A stretch of 64,000 nt of DNA from an uncultured cyanobacterium (GCA_963710605.1 CAVQBA010000001.1:32001-96000); one strand, 5' to 3'. Positions 34,747 through 44,350 are shown, counted from the stretch's first letter. Notes: generated by a model from the sequence alone, not told the origin. Made by a program: numbers and translations.

Positions 34747-34986
34747 TTGATGAAAAAGATTACACCGACGCAATTACAGAAAAATCTTTATAACTTACTA
34801 GATGAAGTAATTAATACTGGTATTCCTCTACAAATAAATAGAGATGGCAAGATATTACAAATTACTCCTGTGGAAAAAATCAACAAACTCGATCGACTTA
34901 TATCACGTCCTAATGTAATTGTAGGAGATACCGATGAGATTGTGAATATCACATGGGAAGGAGAAATGAATCTTGATTTACCTTGA
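34747..34986 (+). CDS. Phd/YefM-like antitoxin
   Basis: T.L..NLYNLLDEVI.TG.P..I.R.G; followed by a PIN toxin remnant. Confidence 0.75.
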   Translation: MMKKITPTQLQKNLYNLLDEVINTGIPLQINRDGKILQITPVEKINKLDRLISRPNVIVGDTDEIVNITWEGEMNLDLP

Positions 34987-35044
34987 TACTCATATTGTGG
35001 TTTGGCTTTACGCAGGATTAACAGATAAATTGAGTGAGTTGTAG
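34973..35044 (+). pseudogene. Truncated VapC/PIN toxin (first ~23 codons only)
   Basis: MIYLDTHIVVWLYAGLTDKLSEL*; runs into the REP element at 35041. Confidence 0.75.
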
Positions 35045-35220
35045 GATGGGTTAGGCAATGATACTTAATCAGTTTCCACAAATTAATTGATGATTTAGCC
35101 GTAACCCATCATCAAAAATAATCAAATAACTAATTCAAATCTACTAGGATTAATTGTTGGGTTTCGCTTTTTTTATTTATCGTTTATGGTTTAAGTTTTT
35201 CGAGGCTTAACCCAACCTAC
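35041..35220. repeat. GTAG-type REP doublet-like element
   Basis: Same architecture as 5566-5739. Confidence 0.85.
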
Positions 35221-35227
35221 AAAATTA

Positions 35228-37159
35228 TTAATTCTCTGTTGCCGATTTTCTCTCATCCAGATAATAACGGTATCTCTTTTCTAATTGAGTAAAATCGAGG
35301 TTTTTTGTCCAAAACTCGACTAAAGCATGACCAAAAGCCCAAGCATCGTCCTCTGGCAAACCATTTGTCTCGACTATCAACGTCCATAAAGAAAGTAAAT
35401 CAAATTGTTTTTTAGTTGCATCATCACTAAGTAGATTAAACAATTCATAGGCTAATTGTAATTTACCAATCACAACAGGCAACTGCTCAACGGGTATTTT
35501 TTCCGCTAACAGAAAGGCTAAACGAGGCGAACCTGTAGTAAGAGTAGATAAAAATTGTAGTATGGGGCTTTTAAGTAAAGCAGTTAATCCTTGAGAAGTC
35601 GCCATTTGAAAAGTATATTTCTCAATAATTTGGGCGGCGGCGACACTTCTTGCTTCGAGGTTACGCAAAAAACGAGCTAGTCTAATTTGTTTGGCAGGTT
35701 CGATCGAATCTAAGATTTTTAAAGCTAAAATATCATCATACCAAGCAACTCTAGGAGAATCACCATAACTTGCGGTAACGATAGGTAAAAAATCTTCAGT
35801 ATAATCGCCGAAAATTTCTTCTCGATATTCTACTGCCTGACGGATAGATTTTTCTTTAGGTGCATCGCCCGTTATCCAATTATAAGGAGGTTGCCATTCT
35901 CTGACGGGGCGAAGACGATCGACTTGTGTAATTACAGTGATAATAGGAATACCTTCAGGTAAATCTTTAATTATGTCTAAATCCATTTGTAAAGCAGGAT
36001 CTAAAGCTGGATTTAACAGTAAAATTAAATCAGTATCCTGACTATAATCAATTACTTGTTCTTTAAATTCAGGACGATCGACTTGTTCGTAACCAGGGGT
36101 ATCATATAGATATAAAGCCTCACCTGTTTTTGCTTCCCATTGATAACTTTGAATATCGGCGGTGTTAGGTAAAATATTTACCTCAGCAATTTGGGAATTA
36201 AATAAAGTATTGATTAAGCTACTTTTTCCTGCACCTGTTCTACCCGCTAATAAAATCTTAACTGGTTTTTGCTCAATTTGTTCTGGTTCTTCCACTTGAG
36301 CAAAAATTTCTTGTAGTGTCTGGGTTTTTGCTTCGGGTAAAGTAACAGTTTCTTGCTCAAATTTGTCTTGAGGTAAATTGTCTCCACCATATAATAAAGC
36401 CGCTTGTCTGCCTAAGTTTCTCAGGGCAACTTCTTTTAAAACTTGATTGAGGTTGATTAGTAATTCTTGATTAGCTTGATTATTCAGAGGTTTACTAGCT
36501 AATTTTGCCGCCGCAACCGCAGGATTAACTATCCATTGAGCCCAATTCCATACCTTGATTATTTTACGAGCAGACGGTTCTAGTTTACGATAAAGCTGAT
36601 ATCCTTGATAACCTTGAGCAACGGTAATTTGGTTAAAGACAGGAGACAACTGTTTCATCCATCTATCCATATCATCAACTGTATCACGCATTAAACCGTA
36701 TGCTTGAGGAATATAAATATTTAGTAAAGGATATTCTACCTCTGGATGATAAACCTTAGCGATAGTTTCCACCGAAGTTTGACATCTTTGCCAAAAAGCA
36801 GGAAAGTCTTCCCATATAGGTGCATCTTCTTTTGCTTGACTAATAATCTGTTGTAACGATGTTTCTATTGTATTAATCGTATCAGCATTCAATTCTGGTA
36901 AAACAGTTGATGTGCTTGTTTTTTGCTCTTCTAATTCTTTTTGGGCATCAGCAATAATATTTTCGACATTACTAAACGCAGGCTTTGTCCATTTTACCAA
37001 TAACCATCGCCAACCGACTAAAATTAAAACAAAGAATGCCCATATCCAGTTGATACCCCAACGGTGTATTTGTAATCCTGTAGCGATCGAAAAAAAAACA
37101 ATTAGACCAATTATAGGTGTACTTAAAACTACCCATTGCCAAGGTTTTAAACGAATCAT
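35228..37159 (-). CDS. Membrane-anchored GTPase family protein (Era/YcjF-like G domain)
   Basis: Two N-terminal TM helices; GRTGAGKSS, DTPG, TQVD. Confidence 0.8.
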   Translation of the reverse strand: MIRLKPWQWVVLSTPIIGLIVFFSIATGLQIHRWGINWIWAFFVLILVGWRWLLVKWTKPAFSNVENIIADAQKELEEQKTSTSTVLPELNADTINTIETSLQQIISQAKEDAPIWEDFPAFWQRCQTSVETIAKVYHPEVEYPLLNIYIPQAYGLMRDTVDDMDRWMKQLSPVFNQITVAQGYQGYQLYRKLEPSARKIIKVWNWAQWIVNPAVAAAKLASKPLNNQANQELLINLNQVLKEVALRNLGRQAALLYGGDNLPQDKFEQETVTLPEAKTQTLQEIFAQVEEPEQIEQKPVKILLAGRTGAGKSSLINTLFNSQIAEVNILPNTADIQSYQWEAKTGEALYLYDTPGYEQVDRPEFKEQVIDYSQDTDLILLLNPALDPALQMDLDIIKDLPEGIPIITVITQVDRLRPVREWQPPYNWITGDAPKEKSIRQAVEYREEIFGDYTEDFLPIVTASYGDSPRVAWYDDILALKILDSIEPAKQIRLARFLRNLEARSVAAAQIIEKYTFQMATSQGLTALLKSPILQFLSTLTTGSPRLAFLLAEKIPVEQLPVVIGKLQLAYELFNLLSDDATKKQFDLLSLWTLIVETNGLPEDDAWAFGHALVEFWTKNLDFTQLEKRYRYYLDERKSATEN

Positions 37160-37287
37160 GGTTGATATTGAAGAAGTAATAGTTCACAGTCGATAGGTTA
37201 TAGATAAATTAATTGTCAACTGTCAATTGTCAATTGTCAATTATTAAGTATTAACTATCAACTATCAACTATCAACTATCAACTATT

Positions 37288-37710
37288 TTAATAACCTTTT
37301 TTGAGGGCAAATTCTACTTGTCTGAATTCTTGAGTTAAACGTTTGTCAAGTTTTTCAGGTAAAGGGCGACTTCCAAAAGTAGTGTAATAACCAGCTAAAG
37401 AATTTAAAGCAGTTTGCATGGTAGTGAAAGATTTTAAACCATTGTATTTAGAATTTTTACGATAACGTGAGATGTAATCATTCATCTGGTTTTTCGCTTC
37501 TGCTTGTAATTCTTTTTTCTGTTGGATATCAGTCTCTGCTGGTAAACCAATAACTTCTCTGAGATTCTCTAAAACAACGATCGTATCTTCACCATAATTA
37601 CCTGTCAAACTGATATCATTTGCATAAGCTGAAGCCCCAAACGTACCAAACCAACCAATAACTATTGTTAAAACTAATGCTAATGCTTTAGATAGATAAG
37701 ATTTTATCAT
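37288..37710 (-). CDS. psb27: Photosystem II assembly protein Psb27
   Basis: LTGNY..DT, YISRYR, SFTTMQTALNSLAGYY, RPLPEKL. Confidence 0.95.
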   Translation of the reverse strand: MIKSYLSKALALVLTIVIGWFGTFGASAYANDISLTGNYGEDTIVVLENLREVIGLPAETDIQQKKELQAEAKNQMNDYISRYRKNSKYNGLKSFTTMQTALNSLAGYYTTFGSRPLPEKLDKRLTQEFRQVEFALKKGY

Positions 37711-37882
37711 AATTTTTTTTTGTTAATTTTTATTGTGATTTGATCTGATTTTATCAGGATAGGGTGAAGAATGAAAATGAGTAAGGAGTAAGGAGTAATG
37801 AGTAATGAGTAAGAAATATTAATTTATACTGAGCGTTAGTCTAAGTATTGTCAATTGTCAATTGTCAATTGTCAATTATCAA

Positions 37883-39031
37883 TCATCGTGTTTTGATGGT
37901 AGATAATTTAGCGTTACTGTAATAATGAGACAAAATTTGATCATAACTCACACCATTTTCAGCTAAATATTGCGAACCCCATTGGCTTAAGCCTAACCCA
38001 TGCCCAAAGCCTCTACCTGATACCTGAATACTATTACTATTTAGCTGGGTACGGAATAAAGTACTACGTAAATCTAATTCTTTACGAATTTGAGTACCTT
38101 TGATATTTTTTGTACCACGATCGCCCACTACTTTCAGCGTCACAACTCTACCTTGAGGAGTTGTTTTTTGCGGTACGAGTGCTTTAATGTTACCGACATT
38201 TCCTGCTAAACGATTAACTGTATTAGCTGAAACGGTTTTATTCCAATTAAAAACAGGAGAATAATGATCATAATCAACTACACCTCGAAGATAAGGTAAA
38301 GGAGATGTCCAGATATCTTCGACATTTTCGGTATGTCCACCAGAAGAAGAATGAAAAACAGCCAAAATAACTTTACCATTATAGGTCATCACTTGCCCTT
38401 TAGTTGCATTAACTGCTTGATGAGTGGTGGTATATTCGCTTTTTAAGCCTTTATAAACTTGAGTCGCAGTGCTAGTATCAACATCATATACTTTATTTTT
38501 ACTACTATCTCTTTTATAAAGTGCATAAGTACGAGCCGCAACTGCTTGGGCTTTAAGGGCTTCGGCTGGCCAACTAGGAATTGCTTCTGCCCCAACTACG
38601 CTATATAAATAGTCTTCTAAATCAACATAATTAACTGCTGTTACATTATTGCCTTGTGAACTTAATAATACTCTACCTCGATACCAACGATCGCCAATCC
38701 AGACAACTCCATCTCCACTAGGCTCTAACCATAAAGCGTTTGATTTCCATTGATTAATATTAACTCTACCACCTTGAGCCTTAGAAACAAATGAATTCAT
38801 TCCCGCAACCTGCCCTAAAACTTTACCTCTAGTATCTTTGACTACAGCAGGGGTAGAGCTACCTATTTGAACATTACTAATATTTCTTTTAACTGCTACT
38901 CTTAATTCTAAAGATGCTTGGGCGCAAGGGGCGAAGATTAGCCAAAGAAAGGCAATAAAACTAAATCTGGTAATTGCTTGAAAAATTATTTTTTGCCACA
39001 TAGTTTTCGTAGATTGTATCTTAGGTTGCAA
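37883..39031 (-). CDS. SpoIID/LytB domain protein
   Basis: EALKAQAVAARTYA, FHSSSGGHTE, GFGHG.GLSQWG. Confidence 0.92.
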   Translation of the reverse strand: MQPKIQSTKTMWQKIIFQAITRFSFIAFLWLIFAPCAQASLELRVAVKRNISNVQIGSSTPAVVKDTRGKVLGQVAGMNSFVSKAQGGRVNINQWKSNALWLEPSGDGVVWIGDRWYRGRVLLSSQGNNVTAVNYVDLEDYLYSVVGAEAIPSWPAEALKAQAVAARTYALYKRDSSKNKVYDVDTSTATQVYKGLKSEYTTTHQAVNATKGQVMTYNGKVILAVFHSSSGGHTENVEDIWTSPLPYLRGVVDYDHYSPVFNWNKTVSANTVNRLAGNVGNIKALVPQKTTPQGRVVTLKVVGDRGTKNIKGTQIRKELDLRSTLFRTQLNSNSIQVSGRGFGHGLGLSQWGSQYLAENGVSYDQILSHYYSNAKLSTIKTR

Positions 39032-39211
39032 TTTTTGACGTGAAAAAAGACTTTGTTAAAATGCTTCTCAATGATAGTAACACAAGAATTACTTTGAAGG
39101 ATGAGGGAGCAAAGAGCAAGGATGAAAGATTAATTATCTTTCTTATTTTAGTAAACAATGTTAGTCTATTTTTTTATAGAGTCGATCGATAATATTTTTG
39201 TTCCTGAACTA

Positions 39212-39319
39212 TATAGCGTTTATCATCTTTATGAGGTACATTTTCAATTGACAAGTCCCCCTTCCGAAGGGGGATTTAGGGGGATTAGTTTGTACGTCAC
39301 AATAATGATAATTGCTATA
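39212..39319. mobile_element. MITE-like element (family of 10958-11158)
   Basis: TATAGC/GCTATA ends; internal CCCCCTTCCGAAGGGGG hairpin. Confidence 0.7.
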
Positions 39320-39495
39320 GAGATGGGATGAAGTAAGGTAGAAAAGCCATTAGTTTCAATAGACTTCTTGTAAAATTATAACGATCAGACGATCGATTCT
39401 GGATTTACCACTATTGATAGATACTCACAATTCTCATTTGGACATATGCTGATAATTATTCATTAATTAATTTTGTTATTTAGATCGATAATTTT

Positions 39496-40230
39496 ATGGT
39501 TCCTTTAAAAGATGAAAATCCTACCCAAATAACTCCTTATGTTACTTATGGCTTGATAGCAGTTAATATCATAGTCTTTTGCTACCAACTTAGTTTAAAT
39601 CCTCGTCAGTTAGATCAGTTTTTTCATCGGTTTGCGATCGTACCCTTAGAATTAAGTACTAACTGGAGTTTAGTTTCATCACAATCTATTCCCGAACCAC
39701 TAACCTTAATCACTTCACAATTTATCCACGCAGGTTTTATCCATATCGCTTTTAATATGTTATTTCTGTGGATTTTTGGCAACAATATTGAAGAGAAACT
39801 AGGTAGAATCAAATATATTGTATTTTATTTAAGTTGTGGTGTTTTAGCTGGACTGGCTCAATATTATTTTACTGCTAACTCGCCTGTTCCTTCCTTGGGT
39901 GCTAGTGGTGCAATCGCAGGAGTAATGGGAGCATATATTATTCGTTTTCCCCAAGCTCAAGTTGTCACGCTGGTACCATTGGGTTTCTTTTTTCCTGTCT
40001 TTAGAATTTCGGCTTTTTGGTATTTAGGTTTTTGGTTTGTGCAACAGGCTTTTAATGGTATTACCATGTTAGAAGTTAATGCCCATGTGGGAATGCAGGG
40101 AGGAGGAGTTGCTTATTGGGCTCATGCTGGAGGTTTTGTTGTTGGGGTAATTCTTGCTCCTATATTAGGGCTATTTAGCGATCGTATTGAAGGCAATGTA
40201 ATAGTTGAAAACGAAAACTACGATCTTTAA
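39496..40230 (+). CDS. Rhomboid intramembrane serine protease
   Basis: H...H...NMLFLWIFG, GASG, AHAGG. Confidence 0.93.
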   Translation: MVPLKDENPTQITPYVTYGLIAVNIIVFCYQLSLNPRQLDQFFHRFAIVPLELSTNWSLVSSQSIPEPLTLITSQFIHAGFIHIAFNMLFLWIFGNNIEEKLGRIKYIVFYLSCGVLAGLAQYYFTANSPVPSLGASGAIAGVMGAYIIRFPQAQVVTLVPLGFFFPVFRISAFWYLGFWFVQQAFNGITMLEVNAHVGMQGGGVAYWAHAGGFVVGVILAPILGLFSDRIEGNVIVENENYDL

Positions 40231-40341
40231 CTTCCATTCGATCGTCATCAGACTGTTGATAATCTCCGCAAAACCTTTCGGGTACGTTTAACTGATTTTG
40301 AAGAAGAATTATAACCCAAAGTCAAACTTACCGCCTGAAAG

Positions 40342-40535
40342 GTTTCAATCCCTAGGTATTGATAGTTGTTTAAATTAAGTTTGAGACAGTATAAAAACAG
40401 TATAAACAAGAACATAGAACTCGCCTTGGGTATAAATTGACAAGGCTAATAGATACCGTTTAATAAATTAAACTTTAATTTTAGCTTCAAAATTGTCTCA
40501 CCGTTATTTTAAATGACTATAGTTGACATTTCAAC
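40342..40535. CRISPR. Isolated degenerate CRISPR repeat split by a ~157 bp MITE
   Basis: 40342-40364 joined to 40522-40535 gives GTTTCAATCCCTAGGTATTGATAGTTGACATTTCAAC (37 nt); first 12 and last 8 nt are identical to the array repeat. Confidence 0.7.
40362..40521. mobile_element. MITE-like element (family of 19151-19314)
   Basis: ATAGTTGTTTAAA...TTTAAATGACTAT inverted ends; shared core with the 19151 copy. Confidence 0.75.
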
Positions 40536-40929
40536 ATTATCTCCCCTTTAACTATTTTTTCTTCTCAAATTTGATAATCTTTTTATTGGACGCTATCATA
40601 TTAATTAATTCATTTCGCCTCCGTTTTAGTTCTACTGGATGAATGAGTATTTTTTTTACTTTTTGCATTTTTTTTGTTTTCAATTATATGTTGTTCTACT
40701 AAATTAATGTACCTTTATTTGTCAACGCCTTGTGAATTTGAAAGCATAATCGCACGATTCATTTATTATTAATAATCGAATTCCCTTCCTTCATAAAGAT
40801 GGGCTAGGGGTGGTTACAAAGTATTAATTAACTTGTTAGTTACTATATAATCAAGAAAGCCAAACAAGCAAGAGAAAAACTCAACTATTACTCTTCCTCG
40901 GCTACTTTTATTAAAGGAGAAAGTACAAA

Positions 40930-42537
40930 ATGATAGCAACAAATACTAAAAATAGTCTCCCAGAAATTGTCAGTAAACTTCAACAAGAAGAAAAGCTTTT
41001 AGAAGAAGGTTATACCGTGAGCGACTATGCAGTAACATTACCAACTTTTAATGGTGCAGAAGACAAAAAAACCCACTTAGCCCACAAAATAGCTAGATTT
41101 CTATTCCCTAACGAAGATAAAGATAAAGCAAACAGCTACATTGCTTACAAAAAACTGTTATCAAAATTACGTAAGGCTTACAGACAACAAATTCAACATA
41201 AATCTCAATTAGAGCAAATCGAAAAAGCAAAACGTGATCAATTTCGTGATGCCCGTAAATTTGGTCAAAGACAACTTTTTGAAACCCTTTTAAATCAACC
41301 AATTTCCGAACAAATTCTCAACCCAAAAGCCATGCCAGTTGAGGTTGCACCTTTAGATGATTTAACGCCTTTATTTACTTATCTTAAACAAGGCAAAGCA
41401 GTCAAGGAAGATTATCTGGAATTTGCTCGTGGTGCTTATTATAATGATGGGCGTATTGATATGTGTAAGCAGGTAGTAGGAAGCGATTGGATTGGTGAAT
41501 TAGTAGATTCAATTCAAGTCAATACTAATGTTGAACACTTTTTGCTCGGTAATAATATTGTCGGCGATCGAGGTGCCAAAAAAATAGCTGAATTAATTGA
41601 AAGTGAATCTTCCCCCATAATTAAAACCTATTATTTAGCAGGAAATTGTTTTACCGCTACAGGTGCATCTTATTTAGGTAACGCCCTTAAACATAATCAG
41701 ACAGTAGAATCATTATGGCTAAAACGTAATCCTCTTAAAGCTGAAGGAGTGAGTCAGATTGCTCAAATGTTAGAAGTAAATAAAAGTTTGCAAACACTTG
41801 ATTTAGTTAATGTGGGGATGTTGGATGATGGAGTTAAAATACTTTTTGAGAGTCTAAAAAAGAATACTTGTTTAAGAACACTTTATCTTGATGCTAACGG
41901 TATAGGTGTGAATGGTGCAAGATATATCGCTGATTATTTTAAATATCTCAAACAAACTAAACAAAAAGGTTTGACGGGTTTGTTTATAGCGATGAATCGT
42001 CTGGGTGATGAAGGTACAAAAATAATTGCTAATGCGATCGCTAATTATCCTTATCTTAAACGATTAGATTTATCTTCTAACCGCATTCAAAATGATGGTT
42101 TGACTGTTTTACTCAAGCAAATTAATACTTTACCTGAATTAATCTATTTAGGAATTGGTTTGTATAAATCTACTTCTGATTTGAGAGAGTTACCTAATTA
42201 TTTTGATGGTGAAGGTGCAAACATTATGGCTAACTTTTTGCAATCGAATCAAACTGTTAAAGCGATCGAAATAAAGGATGTTAATTTTGTAGATGGTGGC
42301 TTAAATACGATCGCTCAAGCCTTAGAAGAGAATACCACATTGTTATATTTATCTCACACTCAGTTTCACTACACGATACCTGAAACAATAGAGACGAAAA
42401 TTAGTGATTGTTTAGCCCGAAATATTCAACAACAATTAGGAATGGATGCAACTGAATTTCGACGTACTAAGTTACGTGAAATCAGACATACGGCACAGGT
42501 TGCTTATATTGATAGTATCTATCGTAATCAAGGCTAA
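40930..42537 (+). CDS. Ribonuclease-inhibitor-type leucine-rich repeat protein
   Basis: ~28 aa LRR units (LGNNIVGDRGA, LWLKRNPL, LYLDANGIG, LDLSSNRI); AAGGAG RBS. Confidence 0.8.
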   Translation: MIATNTKNSLPEIVSKLQQEEKLLEEGYTVSDYAVTLPTFNGAEDKKTHLAHKIARFLFPNEDKDKANSYIAYKKLLSKLRKAYRQQIQHKSQLEQIEKAKRDQFRDARKFGQRQLFETLLNQPISEQILNPKAMPVEVAPLDDLTPLFTYLKQGKAVKEDYLEFARGAYYNDGRIDMCKQVVGSDWIGELVDSIQVNTNVEHFLLGNNIVGDRGAKKIAELIESESSPIIKTYYLAGNCFTATGASYLGNALKHNQTVESLWLKRNPLKAEGVSQIAQMLEVNKSLQTLDLVNVGMLDDGVKILFESLKKNTCLRTLYLDANGIGVNGARYIADYFKYLKQTKQKGLTGLFIAMNRLGDEGTKIIANAIANYPYLKRLDLSSNRIQNDGLTVLLKQINTLPELIYLGIGLYKSTSDLRELPNYFDGEGANIMANFLQSNQTVKAIEIKDVNFVDGGLNTIAQALEENTTLLYLSHTQFHYTIPETIETKISDCLARNIQQQLGMDATEFRRTKLREIRHTAQVAYIDSIYRNQG

Positions 42538-42544
42538 AACGGCT

Positions 42545-43330
42545 ATGTCATCAACGTATAGGGCAAGTATCGGCAAAATTGGTCTTGGAACTTATAAATT
42601 AGGAGAAGAGACTCTTTTTGCCTGTTTAAAGGCTTTAGAAATTGGTTATCGTCATCTTGATACAGCTTCTTTGTATCGTAATGAAAAGCAAGTGGCAGAA
42701 GCAATAAAACGATCGTTAATTAAACGTGAAGAGATTTTTGTTACTTCTAAAATACACTTAAAAGATATTAAATCGGGAAAGCTAAAAACTGCTGTATGCA
42801 AATCTTTAGATAACTTAAACAGTATCAATTTATTATTATTACACGCACCGACAGAAAATTTAGTTGAAGCGTGGCAACAAATGTTGGAGATAAGTCAGTG
42901 GCAAGAAATAGGCGAGGTTGGAGTTAGTAATTTTGATGTCTGTCATTTACAAAAATTAGAGTTTCAATTACCGAAATGGAATCAAATAGAAGTTAGCCCA
43001 TATTTGCAACGTCTCGATTTAGTTCAATATTGTCAACAAAATAAGATTCAAATTGTCGCTCATTCTCCTTTAGTTAAAGGTAGGAAATTGTTAGACGATA
43101 AATTAAAATCAATCGCGAAAAATATTAACATTACTACTTCTCAACTGTTAATAGCTTGGTCATTAGCTAAAAATTATATCGTATTACCTCGTAGTTCTAA
43201 TTTAATTCATTTACAAGAAAATTTTGATGCGATTAAAATAAAGTTACCAGAGAGTATTATGGAAAAATTAGATTGTCTCGAATCAGGTTATGCGACACAT
43301 CCTCAACATATTATGAATAATAATAGATAA
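42545..43330 (+). CDS. Aldo/keto reductase
   Basis: GLGTY, GYRHLDTA..Y.NE, FVTSK, LLH, GVSNF, NQIE; ATG at 42545. Confidence 0.92.
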   Translation: MSSTYRASIGKIGLGTYKLGEETLFACLKALEIGYRHLDTASLYRNEKQVAEAIKRSLIKREEIFVTSKIHLKDIKSGKLKTAVCKSLDNLNSINLLLLHAPTENLVEAWQQMLEISQWQEIGEVGVSNFDVCHLQKLEFQLPKWNQIEVSPYLQRLDLVQYCQQNKIQIVAHSPLVKGRKLLDDKLKSIAKNINITTSQLLIAWSLAKNYIVLPRSSNLIHLQENFDAIKIKLPESIMEKLDCLESGYATHPQHIMNNNR

Positions 43331-43419
43331 CTGCAAATTTAAGGATAATGTCTGAGCAACTTTTTTAAACTTTATTACTTTCTTTTGAAAAAAATATAAT
43401 CATCTTGATTGCGACAAAT

Positions 43420-43556
43420 CGCCTTAGGTATGAATTACTAAGGCTAATAGATGGCGTTCATTAAAATGAACTATTCAAACGTAATTAATTTTATTTGAAT
43501 TGCTGTTTAATTCATTAAACGATTTACATTAGCCTTGAATTTCAATTCGAGGTGGG
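43420..43556. repeat. Palindromic REP-like doublet sharing its core with the 19151/40362 MITEs
   Basis: CGCCTTAG..CTAAGGCTAATAG...TTAGCCTTGAATTTCAATTCGAGGTG inverted arms. Confidence 0.65.
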
Positions 43557-43579
43557 ATTTAAACGTAGAGACAAATTCT

Positions 43580-44122
43580 GTTTCAATCCCTCATAGGGAT
43601 TATAGTCGATTTCAACAATTCTCTTGTTCTTAGCGATAAAGGATTAATTTCTGTGTTTCAATCCCTCATAGGGATTATAGTCGATTTCAACATTCGCATT
43701 CGTCAAAGCGATCGCTATGTTTGTTTGTTTCAATCCCTCATAGGGATTATAGTCGATTTCAACTTCAGATAATGCTTCGTTTGGATCTACTTCAAAGTTT
43801 CAATCCCTCATAGGGATTATAGTCGATTTCAACTCGCCTTCATTGTCAAATAGAAATTTATTCCCTTCGTTTCAATCCCTCATAGGGATTATAGTCGATT
43901 TCAACAGTTTTAGAAGATATTGATTCAATACCGCATGAAATGTTTCAATCCCTCATAGGGATTATAGTCGATTTCAACCGTTTTCTTTTATCTCAGATAT
44001 TCAATTACCTCCTAGTTTCAATCCCTCATAGGGATTATAGTCGATTTCAACCCAATTCGTTTAACCAAAGGAAAGATTATGCCCAGTTTCAATCCCTCAT
44101 AGGGATTATAGTCGATTTCAAC
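43580..44122 (-). CRISPR. CRISPR array: 8 identical 37-bp repeats, 7 spacers (38, 35, 33, 35, 36, 36, 34 bp); no cas genes in the window
   Basis: Repeat GTTTCAATCCCTCATAGGGATTATAGTCGATTTCAAC starts at 43580, 43655, 43727, 43797, 43869, 43942, 44015, 44086. The minus-strand form ends ATTGAAAC and has an ATCCCT/AGGGAT stem, like cyanobacterial class 1 (I-D/III-type) repeats. Confidence 0.98.
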
Positions 44123-44350
44123 TGCCCACGATCGTAACCGTTGATATATTTAGTTTTCGAGGTACGATTGCGTAAGGCTACCATAATTATAGACATGATC
44201 AAAAGTAATTGTCCACTGAAATCGCTGAAATGATTGCTGTACAAGGAGCGTAAAGGGGTCAAAATATTATATCGCTGAAAGCCCCTGACGGTAATAATCA
44301 TAGCCATTTTTATTTTGTATAGTATTTTAACACCCTATCCCTTACGCATT
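44123..44350 (-). promoter_or_regulatory. Putative CRISPR leader
   Basis: Non-coding stretch on the 5' side of the minus-strand array; TGCGTAAGG/CCTTACGCA inverted pair and two ATCGCTGAAA copies. Confidence 0.6.

Noticed and set aside
42446-42544. Long N-terminal extension of the AKR overlapping the LRR gene
   Set aside because: The AKR fold begins just after the ATG at 42545; the extension is likely an ORF-caller artefact.
43940-44307. ORFs 43940-44137 (+) and 44089-44307 (-)
   Set aside because: Translations of CRISPR repeats and leader, not genes.
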